Below are positions 63,810 through 64,000 of a stretch of 64,000 bases of DNA, one piece after another. Made by a program: the position numbers and the translations under genes. Position 1 is the stretch's first letter, and every line of letters begins with the position of its first letter. Under the pieces are notes generated by a model. The model saw only the letters and a program-made list of their open reading frames with translations, had not been told where the DNA came from and did not search any database. The stretch is from Octopus sinensis (Eukaryota). Where the stretch lies: contig NC_043001.1 of assembly GCF_006345805.1 (NCBI RefSeq), positions 83,328,001-83,392,000 of the forward strand, in the 5' to 3' direction.

Positions 63810-64000
63810 ACATTGCTCTATGTGGATGATCTGAAATTATATGCAAAACGTGACAATGATCTGAATGAGTTACTAGTAACTGAAAAAATTCATTCATGAC
63901 ATCATTATAGAATTTGGTCTGGACAAGTGTGGAAAAGCTTCGTTGACTTGTGGTAAACTGACAGCTAATACCACGACCTAACTTGATCCTGATACATCTA
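63810..64000 (+). mobile_element. R4/Dong-like non-LTR retrotransposon RT fragment (runs off the window)
   Basis: LLYVDDLKLYAK, then after a frameshift DIIIEFGLDKCGKA. Starts directly after a (TAA)n/(AAC)n tract. Confidence 0.72.

Overview
AT-rich, microsatellite-saturated animal genomic DNA with one 100-N scaffold gap (23786-23885). The SINE and transposon repertoire looks like an octopus (coleoid cephalopod) genome; this is inferred from the repeat types and was not verified. Only one convincing host coding region is present: an intronless 344-aa single-pass membrane protein (12239-13273, +) with a beta-TrCP-type DSGFRS motif and a C-terminal LSYAMV. The rest is mostly mobile DNA: an internally deleted Helitron with intact termini, CR1, RTE and R4/Dong LINE fragments, seven mariner relics, several MITEs or fold-back elements, and about 30 SINE copies from three main families. 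The most striking unexplained structure is a set of short non-coding elements, usually sitting in TA/CA microsatellites, that carry type I hammerhead ribozyme motifs. They fall into 4-5 families with different stems and flanks, and occur back-to-back (one on each strand), in tandem, and in tandem plus inverted form, with no Penelope-type ORF in the window. Two possible non-coding exons on the minus strand hint that much of the window is intronic. All ribozyme folds were read by eye and none has been tested. Nearly all other ORFs in the supplied track are microsatellite or antisense artefacts.
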